A stretch of DNA of 64,000 nucleotides from Amoebidium appalachense (lineage: Eukaryota > Protista > Ichthyosporea): positions 5,080,472 through 5,144,471 of the forward strand of contig CAVNZM010000003.1 in assembly GCA_963693365.1 (NCBI GenBank). Direction: 5' to 3'. The stretch's first letter is position 1. Each line of letters opens with the position of its first letter. Below are positions 1 through 37,661 of the stretch, piece after piece. The notes beneath the pieces are model-generated. The model was not told the DNA's origin. It saw only the letters and a program-made list of their open reading frames with translations, and searched no databases. Position numbers and translations under genes: made by a program.

Positions 1-673
1 ACCAGTAAGGGGGATGGGGGCACGGGGGAAAGGGAGGAGGGAAGAAGGTGTGGTGGGGTGGCGTGTGTAGGTGTGTGTGTGTGTGGGCGAAGTGGGAGGA
101 GGCCGGGGAGGGGGGGGGGGGGGGGGGGGAGGGGAGGGAGAGAAAGGGGGAGGGAGGGGGGGAGGGAGGGGGGTACAAGAGGTGAGAAGCAGCTGAAAGT
201 AACACCAATGTCTATTGGGAGTAAGGCCGGGGAAAGGGAGGGAGTCACGAATGGGGATGGTTGTACTGTGCGTAAAAATGAGGTGGAAAGGCGGGAGAGA
301 AGGTGGGTGGGTTCCCTTGACGGGATACAAAAAAACACCAAAGCTGTAATTATGGCCTGGTGAAATACTTCAAATCACACAGTGTGGGAAATTATACATA
401 AGAGTGCATTCTCGGGCAGAGGGGTTTTTATTTTTCTTCCTTCCCTTTCTCTTGCCCGACTGCTCCTTCTTCCGCTTCCTGTTTGGTTTTTTGATGGGCT
501 GTCTCTTCTTTCCATCTCCTTTTTCTCTTCCTTACTTCTTTCCTTGTTTCTTTACTGTCTTTCTTTCTTTCTGTCCCTCCTTCATTTCTTTCATTTCTTT
601 CTTCCTTCATTCCTTTTCTTTACTTTCCTTTTTCCTTTCTTTTTTTATTTCTCCCCCCCTTTTTTTTTTGTTT

Positions 674-714
<41 letters not shown>

Positions 715-724
715 ATAATCTCAC

Positions 725-16792
<16,068 letters not shown>

Positions 16793-16960
16793 CTGCCATC
16801 CAATCAAATGTCAGTTAATACGGCATCCACTCAGATGTCATCATGAATGGAACAACATGATCTAGGCTTCATTAACGAATCCCAAAAACATCCTTTCTTC
16901 ACTGACAGGAGGGGGGAAGGTGCCACGGTGAAAGGGTGTTTTTTTTTCGTTTTTTTTTTT

Positions 16961-16991
<31 letters not shown>

Positions 16992-17104
16992 GGGGGGAGG
17001 GAGGGGGGGGGAGGGGGGGGGGGGGGGGGGGGGGGGCGAGAAATATACCGTACGTTCAGCACAAAGGTGCACAACCAAAAACATGGTTTAAGGTGTGTGT
17101 GTGT

Positions 17105-17137
<33 letters not shown>

Positions 17138-17144
17138 TGTGTGC

Positions 17145-17218
<74 letters not shown>

Positions 17219-17222
17219 GTGC

Positions 17223-17291
<69 letters not shown>

Positions 17292-17501
17292 ATGTGCGCG
17301 TGCGCATGTGCATGTGCGCATGTTGTTTGTGTTTGTACATTCAGTGTATTCATGTTCTGTGTTTCTGTGTTTGTGTGTCTCTCTGTGTGTGCGCACATGT
17401 GTTCGGGCTTACATGTGTACACCTGTGTGTGTGTGTATGTGCGTGTCAAATCGTGTACGAGTTCGAATGTGTCTGTCAGTTCATATAATGATCCATGTAT
17501 G

Positions 17502-17539
<38 letters not shown>

Positions 17540-17940
17540 CGTGCGTGCATGCGTGTGTGTACAAGGGCATGTGTGTGTGTCTTTTTGTCTGCGCAAGCTT
17601 GTGTATGATTAGAAATCCTTGCTATTCTTTTTTTGTTTATGTGCTATTTTATTTTGTTTTCATTTTATTTCTTTTTTTGGGGGGAGGGGGGGGGGGGGGA
17701 AGGGTTGGACTTATCAAGCGAGACATCAACAGGCATAACACAAGAGGGAAGGGGGGAAGAGAGAGGGGTTGAGGAGGGGGAGGGGTTGGGGCTTTTTTTG
17801 GAAACAATTAGGTTGGCCTGGCTAGTTCTCAGGATGCGGTAACATCTTACGGACAAAGCAACGAAATGGGTTATCACGGATCTAAATCAGACAGCTGGTT
17901 TGTACTATAGTGAGCAACGAAGGCAGAGGGGGGGGGAGGA

Positions 17941-17974
<34 letters not shown>

Positions 17975-18255
17975 GTCCAAACCGTTCATGTGGGGTTTTG
18001 GTTGGGAGGTGAGGGCAGCGTCCAGAATGGAGCCCACGCAATCAAAGTCGGTGTCCATGTTTGCTCAGCCCCCCACAGGCCTTACCCCCACACCAGTGAC
18101 CATCCTCAAACCCAGGCCTGCACATGCAATGTGATGGGAATGTTTGTGAGAAAATTATATGGAGGATGCGGAATGCAATGTGTTCAGAGGCAATGCCATC
18201 TGCTTTGTGCTTCCGTAACTTTGTGTGTGTGTGTGTGTGTTTATGATCGGTTGCG

Positions 18256-18389
<134 letters not shown>

Positions 18390-20363
18390 ATTGGTTGTGT
18401 CTGTGTAGGTGTGTATGTGTGTGTGTTTGTGTGTGTGTGTGTGTGAGGGCGCACACGTGCGCTCGTGAAAATGGTTGCCAATCGTGCGGGTGTGTGCCTG
18501 TGTGAGTGTGTGAGTGTGTGTGTGAGCAGGTGTTTGTTTGTTGATGGGCTGCCCCAAGCTGCAGGGGGGCCCGTGTGCTACGATGTCCTACCTGCGCGTG
18601 CAGTTGGGCATGTAGCACACAACTGGCTAGATGCATGCAGCAAATTCTGTCCTCCCGACGTCCAAGTAGGTAAAATCGGTCCTTTCCCTAGTGCATTTCA
18701 AATAAAGATCCACGTGCCTGCAGAAAAAATCTACACTTGCGGAATGTAGCTAAGAACATACGTGGCACGCACACGCAACACAAATACACATACCATGGGT
18801 TGATGTTTCACAGGCAAGGACTATGCACGGCTGGGTTAGGTTGGAAGCCGACTGCCCGAAGGTGTGCTGATGCCTGATGTGGGAGAAGATGGGAATAATC
18901 CAGCACAACAGTGTCGGAAAAGAGAAGTGTGGTTTAAGGAGCTCAGATGTTGGTCAACAGTGTGTATAGATGTAGATCGACCACGTGAGATGAGAGAGAG
19001 AGAGAGAGCTGTGTGTGCGTTCGTCCGTGTGTGCACACGCGCGCACGTGTGTGTGGATCTTGGGTGCTCCCAAATCCAAGCTACCAATGACTGTACTTGA
19101 CTTTTTGGGCCACGCACTCAACTTCTACTAGAGATAACTCGTCAGAAGCAAGTTTATAACTGTTTGGTTCCGTTTTGTCTTTCTCTTCTCAGTTGAAAGT
19201 TACCGAAACATAAGAAAACAAAACACGTGTGTAAGCGTGAAGAAGAAACGAAAAAGCCGGGCGGCATCACAAACAAAAGGAATCTTGGAGTCCTCTTCGT
19301 GGTTATGCGACTCACATTTTCAGAATAATCGGTAACAATTCCGCTACATGTACGTACACCCGGAAACAGGCATTTTGGTACATAGGTTCAAACACAGCCC
19401 TTTTAAAATTTTGAATAACTATATATATATGTGTGTGTGTATATATAGCTGAATATTCAAGTTTTGTGGTCTCACTGTATTGTTTATACTTCTTAAAACT
19501 ACAGAAAATTAACGCGCAGAAGTACACTACGTAAGGTAACTCTCGAATGATTTGGAGTGAATATTTATTTTCAATAATCGGATTGTAGGGGGTATCAACG
19601 CACGGTAAGCTAAGGGATGATTAGAATGAGCCATGCGAACGAATCTGATTGGACGGAGGCTCACACTCACTGGTCCAGCTGCCGCACTCAAACTTTTGAA
19701 AGTTTAGAACGACGACGAGAAATGGATGCGTTGGGTTGAGATGGGGGAGGAAGGATGAGGGGAGGGGAAAATAGAGAAGGGCAGGGGGGAATGGGGGACG
19801 GTTGCAGAGTAAAATATTCGGACTCGGGGAGAGGACAGTGCATTGGTTTTTTCCTTATGTGTGTTGTCCGCTCTCTCTGCGCGATTGCGTCTCCCTCGGA
19901 CCTCAGTTTCCTCTCGCACATGACCCGCTCAACCCTGGGTGACCTTATTTCTTGTAGAGGTGACCTCTCGCTCGTTCAGGTAGATTTTCTGTGGGTTCAT
20001 AGTGAATTTGCTTCGCAACAAGCTGAACAGAAAATAAATAGGACCACGGATAAAAAAGAGGGGATGGGTTGAGGATCAGAGCAATTGTGAAGAAAGAGTC
20101 ACGTTCTCAAGATTCCTTGATGCAGGACTTCTGAGCCCAGGAGACCAAAGTCTTGTGCCTGCTTCTTTGTTCCCTCTGCCAAAGTCCAACGCAAGTACAC
20201 AAAGTCTTTTCATCTTTGTGTGCCCCCATCAACCCACACAGGAGTCCTTGCACGGCGACGCCCACACATGCACGTACGCTTTCGCACACGCACACGCACA
20301 CATACGTATACACGCACGCACACACACACACTCTCTCTCCTCTCTCTCCCTCCCTCCCTCCCT

Positions 20364-20404
<41 letters not shown>

Positions 20405-20430
20405 CCCCCCCCCCCCCCCCCCCCTCTCTC

Positions 20431-20466
<36 letters not shown>

Positions 20467-20481
20467 CTCTCTCCGACACCC

Positions 20482-20512
<31 letters not shown>

Positions 20513-21391
20513 CCTCTCTCCGACACCCTCTCTCTCTCCCTCTCTCTCTCTCCCTCTCTCTCTTTCTCTCTTTCATATACACACATGCTCGTGTGTGTGC
20601 TCACAGACACACAGACGCATGCACTTGCACGACCTCTCCATCGGCGTTGGCAACCAGACGAACAAAGACATCTTAGTGGCACGTTTACCACGAAATCACG
20701 GGTTGTTACGATTACCTTGCTGTTTTGCAAGTCACAGTGTAGCAGAAGTTATTAGACAGTGGGTGAAAAATCTTAATCACAAGTTAAAAGACATATTCTA
20801 CTCTGACAACTGTTAGAGAAGGGCAGTTTTTTGGGGGGGAAAGATAAGCTGAAAGAAGAACCCTCATGGCGCCTGAGGGCCTGAGGTATGATATGGCTTA
20901 TTTGGATTATAACCTGAACGAGGGGAGGAGAGGGGGAGAACCACTTTTAAGGCAGCTGATGAAAATCGGTCAGTTATGATCCCTGATCATTCTGGGTTTT
21001 TTGTTGAGCCTGCTTGGCTAGCAGCACAAGTTGCTGATGCTGTTGCTGTCTTTTCGGGAGACGATTCGGGAAGTACTGGCCATGTAGAGTAGTCACCTGA
21101 TGGATCGCTATGTCCTAGTCCGTCCCCTGCTCTCTAGTGAAACTGCGGGCTTACAATTCCTTCTCGAGGCTCCTCCCTCCTCCCCCCCTCCCCCCCATAA
21201 CCCCTCCCCCCTTTCTCCCCCCCACTCCGTTCCCCCCTCCCCGAAAGTATGGGAGATCAGGAATATGACGGAATAACACACTGTGACCCCAGCACATCCC
21301 CCCTCCCCCCTCCCCCCCCTCCCCCCCCCCCCCCCCCGCGGACCCCCCTAGCAAAAGGACTCCTGAAATTGAAACTTTGGCATGAAATAAA

Positions 21392-21426
<35 letters not shown>

Positions 21427-21720
21427 CCCCCCACACACGCACACACACACACATGTATACGCACAAAAGCGCACCACAAACACAAACATCTACGGCCCTC
21501 CCACACCCTCTTCTCCCCCCAAAAGCCTCCCGCGTACACACACACGTACTCTATTTCCCTCCCACCCATCTATCACACCATGTGACCCCCTGCCCCCCCG
21601 CCCTCCTCCCCCCCCCCCCCCCCCCCCCCAGTCACACACACACACAAACACACGAGCACGCGCAGCACATACACACGCGCAATAACTTATAATAACAGTA
21701 AATAATGAGTTATACTTGGT

Positions 21721-21914
21721 CCGGCGTGGCTGGGGTTGATACCCTGGGCAAAGTGTGTACATACAGTTAGGACTGTTATAGGTGTGTTAGTTTAGCTAAT
21801 AGCATCGTAGCACCCTAGCTAGAGTACTGTCGGTGCTGGGTGGAAGACGGTAGTTCCCCCTGAGGGCCCCTAGGGGTACCTCCGGGAACAAAACGGGATT
21901 AAATAAATAAATAA
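21721..21914 (+). mobile_element. 5'-truncated non-LTR retroelement 3' end with (TAAA)n tail
   Basis: Flanked by a 17-bp imperfect TSD: AATGAGTTATACTTGGT (21704-21720) and AATGAGCTATACTCGGT (21915-21931). Homologous to 22091-22237 and 23040-23237. Confidence 0.8.
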
Positions 21915-22090
21915 AATGAGCTATACTCGGTGAAGCAGTTTTTATGATAATATACGACAATGCCTTTTGGGAATCCGATCGAGCATGGTTGTGGAGTTGG
22001 TCTGGATCCAACATGACAGCCCAACCAAGGGCGGTTGCAGGGGGGAAACGGTTTTGTCTTCTTTATCCCGTTTTGTCACTGGAGAAGCAC

Positions 22091-22237
22091 TTTTTTTTTT
22101 TTTTAATTATTTATTTTATTTTATCCCGTTTTGTTCCCGGAGGTACCCCTAGGGCCGGGGCCCTCAGGGGGAACTACCGTCTTCCACCCAGCACCGACAG
22201 TACTCTAGCTAGGGTGCTACGATGCTATTAACTAAAC
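22091..22237 (-). mobile_element. Second, inverted 5'-truncated copy of the same retroelement with poly(A) tail
   Basis: Perfect 12-bp TSD CTGGAGAAGCAC at 22079-22090 and 22238-22249; T14 at the start on plus. Confidence 0.88.
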
Positions 22238-22497
22238 CTGGAGAAGCACCATAAGTATTGATTATATAAGCACCGACTCTACATGTATCCTAGCTAATTT
22301 AGTGCTACTGGTGCAATCAGCTAAGCTGTTGAATCTCTGATATATCGTGCAGTTGGTGGGCATTCAGACTGTACGCACACAGTGCGCGCATGTGTGATGA
22401 GTGGCCATGGGTGAGTGTGTTACATAGAGCTGGCGTTAGCTAAGTTTCTGAAGTTTGGTGGTGGTGGTGGTGGTGGTTCTTTATTTTTTTTTCCCCT

Positions 22498-22539
<42 letters not shown>

Positions 22540-22617
22540 GGGGGGGGATGAAGACTTGATGAGTCTTTGCGGGCCAGCTGTTGGAGCTAGCCGCTGGCTG
22601 CTATGTAAGAACCTAGC

Positions 22618-22649
<32 letters not shown>

Positions 22650-22679
22650 CCCCAAACAACAACAACCCCAAACCCCAGG

Positions 22680-23237
22680 CGGGGGCACCTACATACACAC
22701 CACGTCTGCATGGCCACCATATCCCAGGCAATATCCCCGGCACCCTAAACCGTCTCAGTGGGCCAAGGAATACCTCAAGGAGAGAGCCGGCCATACGGAG
22801 ACAATGGCTGTGCTCACCAACCCCCGACTGCTCCCACTGGCAGCAGAGAGAGACACCGGTGAGCACAGCCACTGTTGCCAAAGATAAACTCCGTGCACCC
22901 ACCAACAGACCCCACCATACACCCATACCCGCCGTAAACACCACCAACACCACACCCTACATTCCACCACAGTAGACATACCAATGAGAGCCCGTGCTCA
23001 AGGTTTGTTCGTAGTTGAGTGGTGGTGAAACCTGGTGCTACCCGGCACACCGGCAAAGCTGGAGCGCACCTCGGAAAACCCCTGGAACGGTGTACGAATA
23101 GTTAGGATGTTGAATAGTGTGTTAGCTTAGCTGATGGCACCGTAGCACCCTAGCTAAAGTATAGTCGGTGCTGGGTGGAAGACGGCCCAGTAGTTCCTCT
23201 CGGAGACCCTGAGGGACCCGCCGGGATAGAAAAAAAA
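22680..23237 (+). mobile_element. Older, longer copy: decayed LINE ORF2 C-terminus plus 3' UTR
   Basis: Its 3' ~200 bp are homologous to the two copies above and end in an A-run. Upstream translation TLNRLSG...WLCSPTPDCSHWQQRET(G)EHSHCC resembles the 'TLNRLRTG...SPxC..ETxxH' C-terminal knuckle of LINE ORF2, with a frameshift. The left boundary is approximate. Confidence 0.6.
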
Positions 23238-25494
23238 TGTCTCTCTCTCTCTCCCCCTCTTGCTCGCTCTCGACACACACTTTCTCCCTCCGCCTCTCCC
23301 TCAGTCCCCCCCTCCCCCCCCCCCCCCCCCCCCCCCCCCCCCTTTTTTTCTCTCTGGCAGAGCTCTCTCACGGAGACTCTTTTTTGTGCACTCAGGCCTC
23401 TCTTTCTCTTTCAACCACAGCCTTGCGCACAAGCGCACATACACAGACACACAGACACACACACACATACACTACACACAACATACTCGCCGACTTCGAT
23501 CAAACGTGGTTAGTATTTTTCGGCTTGAAAATTCAATCGCGTGGTCGCTTATATATCTATCAAGGAATATTCGCAAATATCTCTAATATTTATCCTGCCA
23601 ATTTGCTCACTCCTTATAAAGTTTCTCTTCGTCCATGTTTCGAATATGGCCTCCCTTGTGTGCCCCTCCACGGCAACAGCGCGCGGCACTTCGGGAATTC
23701 GATTCCTTTTAGCGTGAATTCATCCAGTTTATTTCTCGAACCTCGCGTGGGCATCCTTTGGCGGCTCCCTTGCTGAGTGTGTTTGGTCTCCCTCCGGCGT
23801 GCCAGCGTATGAATGAATTAGGACTTCGCTTTTTTTTTTCATTTGGTTAGGCTTCCTTCTTATCATCCTTTGTTGCAATTCTTTCCTTCTTTAGCACCTG
23901 TTCCCGGCATTTCTAATGTTCGTGCGAAATGTCCTATCCCCAATCTCTCTCCCATTCCGAGATATCCTATTAAATACTTATCTCCTTTATTTTTCTCTTC
24001 TTCTAGTTATCAGCAGTATGTTACTTGGTTTCATACTCAACATCCTTTGCTCTCTCTCTCTCTCTCTCTCTCTCCCCCCCCTCCCTCCCTCTCCATCTCC
24101 CTCTCTCTCTCTGGCGCACTTCAGCATACAGACAATCCCAGGTATTGTGACACACCCAGACACACATGCAACACTCACACACACCGGCCCAAGGCGGAGA
24201 ATGAAAACACCGCTCTTTTGACAAACACACCAGGTCCTCCATTACACGCACGTACACACACAGGCCGCCTAGAATTCACACTTTGTTTTTGTGCGTGCTG
24301 CGCACACACAGGAGCCGCCGCAGTGGAGGGGTAGGGGGGGGCTTGGGGGGATAGAGAGTCGGATCACGTGCGAACAAAACTCACGTCGTGCTACAAGGGT
24401 GACGGGGGAGGGGAAGGGAGGGGGGAGGGGGGGGGGGGGGGGAAAGGGGGGAAGGGGGGGGGGGGGGGGGGCCAACACCAGATTTGCACTCCCCCCCCCC
24501 CCCCCCCTCCACCCCCCTTCTGCCCCTCACTGAACTGTGCACAGACACTAATATATGCCCGAGATTTTGACAGTTGGCCCTGACTCCTGAGTCCGAGTTG
24601 GGGCTGCAGGGGGAGAGGTGGGGGGGGGGGGGGTTGGGGGGGGGGGGGGGGGGGGTTCTTTGGTTGACCTGTATGCATGACCTGCGCGCAGGTGGGGGGG
24701 GGGGGGGGGGGGGGGGCTTTCTTTGTTGACCGTCATGCTAAGCCTTGTGTGAAGGTGCCAGCGAAGCTAGACGCCCGCCCAAGAATCGATTCATATCCTC
24801 CACGTGCGTGACTGTATGTGCCCGGCACCCCTCGTACTGTGTGCGTGGGGTGTCCTTGTGCTCCATGTCTTTACCTGTTGCACACGTGTACCACGGGTGC
24901 ACCGCCGTAACTCTTCTAGAAGGGCCTGGCAGGCAGGAAAATCTAACTTGCTAAGATAGATGCGCAAGCCGAAAGCATATATGCAATTAATTCGGCAGCT
25001 TACATCAAGAACTATTCAAATCTAACCATCTATCAAATCGATTCAAAATACGTGTCTCTTTGTATCACTTCACGCATGTGGACATCGTGATTGCAATACA
25101 CTGAAAAATATCATTGGCTAAAAATCAGATGAGACAATTATAGCTCCCAAGAGTTGCATTAATTCAATCAGTAAATAAACGGTTACCGAGATCTCATCAA
25201 TCTAGTGCACAAAAACTTCTAACAACACATTTCGGCGACACATTCACTATGAAAATTTCGTTGGTCAAACCGAAAATCATTCTACTGCTCAAACGGCTCT
25301 CGAATCCAACCGGCCACGATAATCACCAGCTCTTATCGAAAGGGAAAACCGTTGATCGAAAACACATTCATCAAACTTTTGAAAGCATATATTAGCAACA
25401 CTATTCACATGGAAATCTGACTGGTCGAGCATACTTTCAAGACTTTTAAACTTTTAGCAAAATCTTAATCTTTCAAGTCTGCAGATCCGGTTGG

Positions 25495-33983
<8,489 letters not shown>

Positions 33984-34216
33984 CTGTATTCAGCTGTGCT
34001 GTCCCATGCCACACAATTACATAATACGAAATTCACGACTTTTGTCCCCTTGCCCACCAACTGTAAAGAAGATGCTATGTTACATTGACATCACTCTTGG
34101 TTTCCTTGCACATAACTATGGCCCTCGAACTTCCGGCTCGACTTGCTTCAGCATAAAATTCATCCAAAAAGTTTTGCACGTTTAAGCATCGACGCTCTCG
34201 TCTCATCGCCTCCTCC

Positions 34217-34255
<39 letters not shown>

Positions 34256-34497
34256 CCCCCCCCCCCCCCCCCCCCCCCTCCCCTCCCTCCCTCCCTCCCC
34301 CGCCCAACTCCCCCTCCCTCTGGAAAAAGGACCGAACAGAGATAGAGAAAGAGGGAAGATCTCTAACCCAAACAACCTTACAACCTTTGCATCAACCAAC
34401 TTGTGCGTAATTAGACCTGTACACAAACTACACTTGCACTTTCAATAAGCCCACACCCACGGCCACTTGTTCACACACGTGCGCACGCACACATGCG

Positions 34498-34576
<79 letters not shown>

Positions 34577-34620
34577 GGGCGCGCACACACACGCACACAC
34601 GCACACACACACACACACAC

Positions 34621-34662
<42 letters not shown>

Positions 34663-34668
34663 AACCAC

Positions 34669-34839
<171 letters not shown>

Positions 34840-34840
34840 T

Positions 34841-34871
<31 letters not shown>

Positions 34872-35893
34872 CGAACATACCTCCTGCTCCTGTGGGGTAA
34901 CACACACACAAGTGCACGGGCGTGAAGGAACCGGTGACTTCAGCACAGACTCATCTCTCAAGTCTGGTATTCTTGAGGAATCTCTTTTACTCCTCTCCGT
35001 TCTGTGATCTAGCTCCGTTAACCCTAAACCAGTGGGTATTCGTCTTAGTTGTCCAAGAGCCCGGTGTTCCCGATGTGCATCCCGATCTCTAACTACGGCC
35101 GCCATTTCCGAACGATTAAAGAAGGTAAGCAGGTGATTGAAAAACAAATTGCTAGCGAGTCTGAATGGATGGAATTGAGTTTTCTCGTCAGGTGGGCCGG
35201 TGTTGTGTGTCTCTTGCTGCTGCCTAACCGTCAAATTTAAACGTCCGGGCAGATCTTGGATAAAACAATTACTGCAATCCAAGCATTCCAAAAGACAATC
35301 TAGCATCACTGTAACATAAACTGTACTAAATATGTCAGTATTCGTGTTACATGGCATATATGATACTATCTAGTGAACATTCTACTAACAATCAAAAAAA
35401 GACTACTGTACGGGACTCCTTAGCTGGTCCGCAGGCTGTGCTCTCTTCGCAAGCGAGAGTTGCTTTTTCAGCTGAATGCCGATTTGGAACCTAAGACTTA
35501 GCGGTGATTGGTGGAAATGGCACCATATCGTTGATTGGTTGATCATTTCGTGCCGGACGGGAAAATATTCGGATCCGTGATTTCGGAAGACTTGCCAAGT
35601 TGCCAAGCGCCGTGCCAACATGCCAAGTTGCCAACAATCTCTAACCGCATAATATTTAAACACATGAGAAATATCCATGGCCTGAACTAGGTATATATGT
35701 ATGGAGCGTGTGTATGTATATGCAAGCGTAACTTGGGCTGCTGCAGCTGCCCACCGCAGTCACGTTTCGTGCTGTCCAATCAAACACATCCACGGGATTT
35801 ACGAGCCATATTATGCTTATCTTGAACGGCATAAAGCACGCATGACCTGTAAGCCCTCGTTTATTGGCTTATAGGACACTTTTTGGCGGGATA

Positions 35894-35976
35894 TGAGCCA
35901 CACCTTTCCCACCCGCGGCGATAAAAAGCTGAGCCACACCTTTCCCAGCCGGGGCGGCCCGCGGCGATAAAAAGCT
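35894..35976. repeat. Tandem duplication in the divergent promoter region
   Basis: TGAGCCACACCTTTCCCA...CCCGCGGCGATAAAAAGCT occurs twice; the second copy has a 10-bp insertion. Confidence 0.85.
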
Positions 35977-36294
35977 CAGCACCGAGAAAAAGGAATGATA
36001 ATAATCACAAGATGCAAATCAGCAGCTTTAGAGAAGGAAAGGAATGACACAGTAGCAATACAAATTACTGATTTATGTATGTTATTGCCGAACAAATATG
36101 TGAACCTACTCAAGATCACTTGTTTTCTTGTACTCGAACATGGTAGCCCTTGCACATGCACTGAAAAGGCCTCCTGTTCCATTTCTGAAGTTTTAGATGT
36201 GAGGGCCGCTCTTCCCTTAGTATTATTAACACTAACACTCCTAAAGTAGTTTTCTTGATGACACAAACGTTTAAATCTATATATCTTGCCAATT

Positions 36295-37212
36295 ATGTCT
36301 CGCATTCACCCCACAGCGTTTGACACCGCTCCTAGTGGTGGTCCCACTCTTACTCCCTCGAGCTCTGACTCACCCACAGACTCAAAAGACAACCATGAAA
36401 CCATAACGCTAAACGTGGGGGGAAGGGTTTTCCACACAACACGCGCAACACTCACCAACTTGCCGAACAACATGCTTTCCTCAATGTTCAGCGGCCGGCA
36501 TAGTCCTCTCACAGAAAAGCGCGAATGGTCTATCGACAGAAACGGAGAGCTCTTTTCGTTTGTGCTCGATTTTCTTCGCACTTGTGGAAACGATGATGTG
36601 CTTCCGACAGATCCAGAAACGAGACGCCGTCTTCGTGCCGAGGCAGACTTCTTCTGTATTGAACCCATGAAAAGAGCGCTTGAAGACGAAAAACCAAAAA
36701 TAGAGCACAAGTATGTGTACGTTAGTGATCCTTGCCACATACAAGCACGCGTAGATGCGATGAGCAAAAACTATTTTCATCTGGAGTCGGCAAACATACA
36801 CGGAAACGGAGTGGCGCTCATCTTCGTAAAAATAACACCAAAATACGGGGAAATGAAGAGAAAATCGTACAAGTGCACGGTCGTGGAGTGGTCGAACGAA
36901 CTCATGCTGTGGCTGGAGCAAGTTGGGAAGGAAGGGTACGTGCATGTTGCTGCATCTCTGGGAGTAGACATCATAAAAACGGTGCCGAGGAGAGAAAAGA
37001 GCAAACAACTACTGGTAATTGTGGAAAAAACCGGTGAAAGCAGAACGGAAAATGGAAACGAAAAGGTCGGTGCGATTGGGTACGACTTTGTTAGGAAGGT
37101 GTACAAGGTGGAGAATGTGCTCGCTCGCTGGAAGGCTTCTGGTTACACTCTTCACCGCACAAATGCGTTTCGAGATGGGCTGTGTATGTTCTTCGTCCCC
37201 ACCGAAGTCTGA
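36295..37212 (+). CDS. Intronless KCTD-type BTB/POZ (T1) protein with three C-terminal DUF4177-like repeats, 305 aa
   Basis: ITLNVGGRVFHTTRATLT...MLSSMFSG...IDRNGELFSFVLDFLR...LRAEADFF is the KCTD BTB signature. Clean ATG-to-TGA ORF with no microsatellites. Confidence 0.92.
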   Translation: MSRIHPTAFDTAPSGGPTLTPSSSDSPTDSKDNHETITLNVGGRVFHTTRATLTNLPNNMLSSMFSGRHSPLTEKREWSIDRNGELFSFVLDFLRTCGNDDVLPTDPETRRRLRAEADFFCIEPMKRALEDEKPKIEHKYVYVSDPCHIQARVDAMSKNYFHLESANIHGNGVALIFVKITPKYGEMKRKSYKCTVVEWSNELMLWLEQVGKEGYVHVAASLGVDIIKTVPRREKSKQLLVIVEKTGESRTENGNEKVGAIGYDFVRKVYKVENVLARWKASGYTLHRTNAFRDGLCMFFVPTEV

Positions 37213-37613
37213 TTAGAGTGTTAGGGGTTGAAAGATTGCAATCTGTATAAATTCTGGCTTGTAAGTGATACAATGTGAACTATCGTTGGGACTAATCTTG
37301 AACACAACGAAAGAGGAGGTACTGTGCAGCTGGGAGGAGATTGAGCTCGGTGGTGGAGTGGGGGTGGGGGTTGGGGGAGGGGGGAGGGGGGGGGGGGGCG
37401 ACTCCTTGAAATTATAAACTGTTTTAGGGGTTGAACGATAAATTGATATATAAATTCCGGCTATTAAGGTGCACTGCGAACGTAGTGTATGGACTGGCTT
37501 CGAACGCAACGGAGGAGGAGGTATTGTGGAGTTAAATGGGCCCCGAGGGGGGGGGGGGGGGGGGGGGGGGGGGAGGGGGGGGGGCGAGGGCGAAGGGGAG
37601 GGGATGGGGAGGG

Positions 37614-37661
<48 letters not shown>

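Noticed and set aside
21790-22237. Single MITE with long TIRs
   Set aside because: Each arm has its own A-rich tail and TSD, so these are two retro-insertions.
34881-35105. 5' exon or 9-nt microexon of the HAD-like gene
   Set aside because: Plausible, but I could not link it in phase to the downstream exons.
36306-37106. Antisense ORFs over the BTB gene
   Set aside because: Shadow frames with no recognisable protein features.
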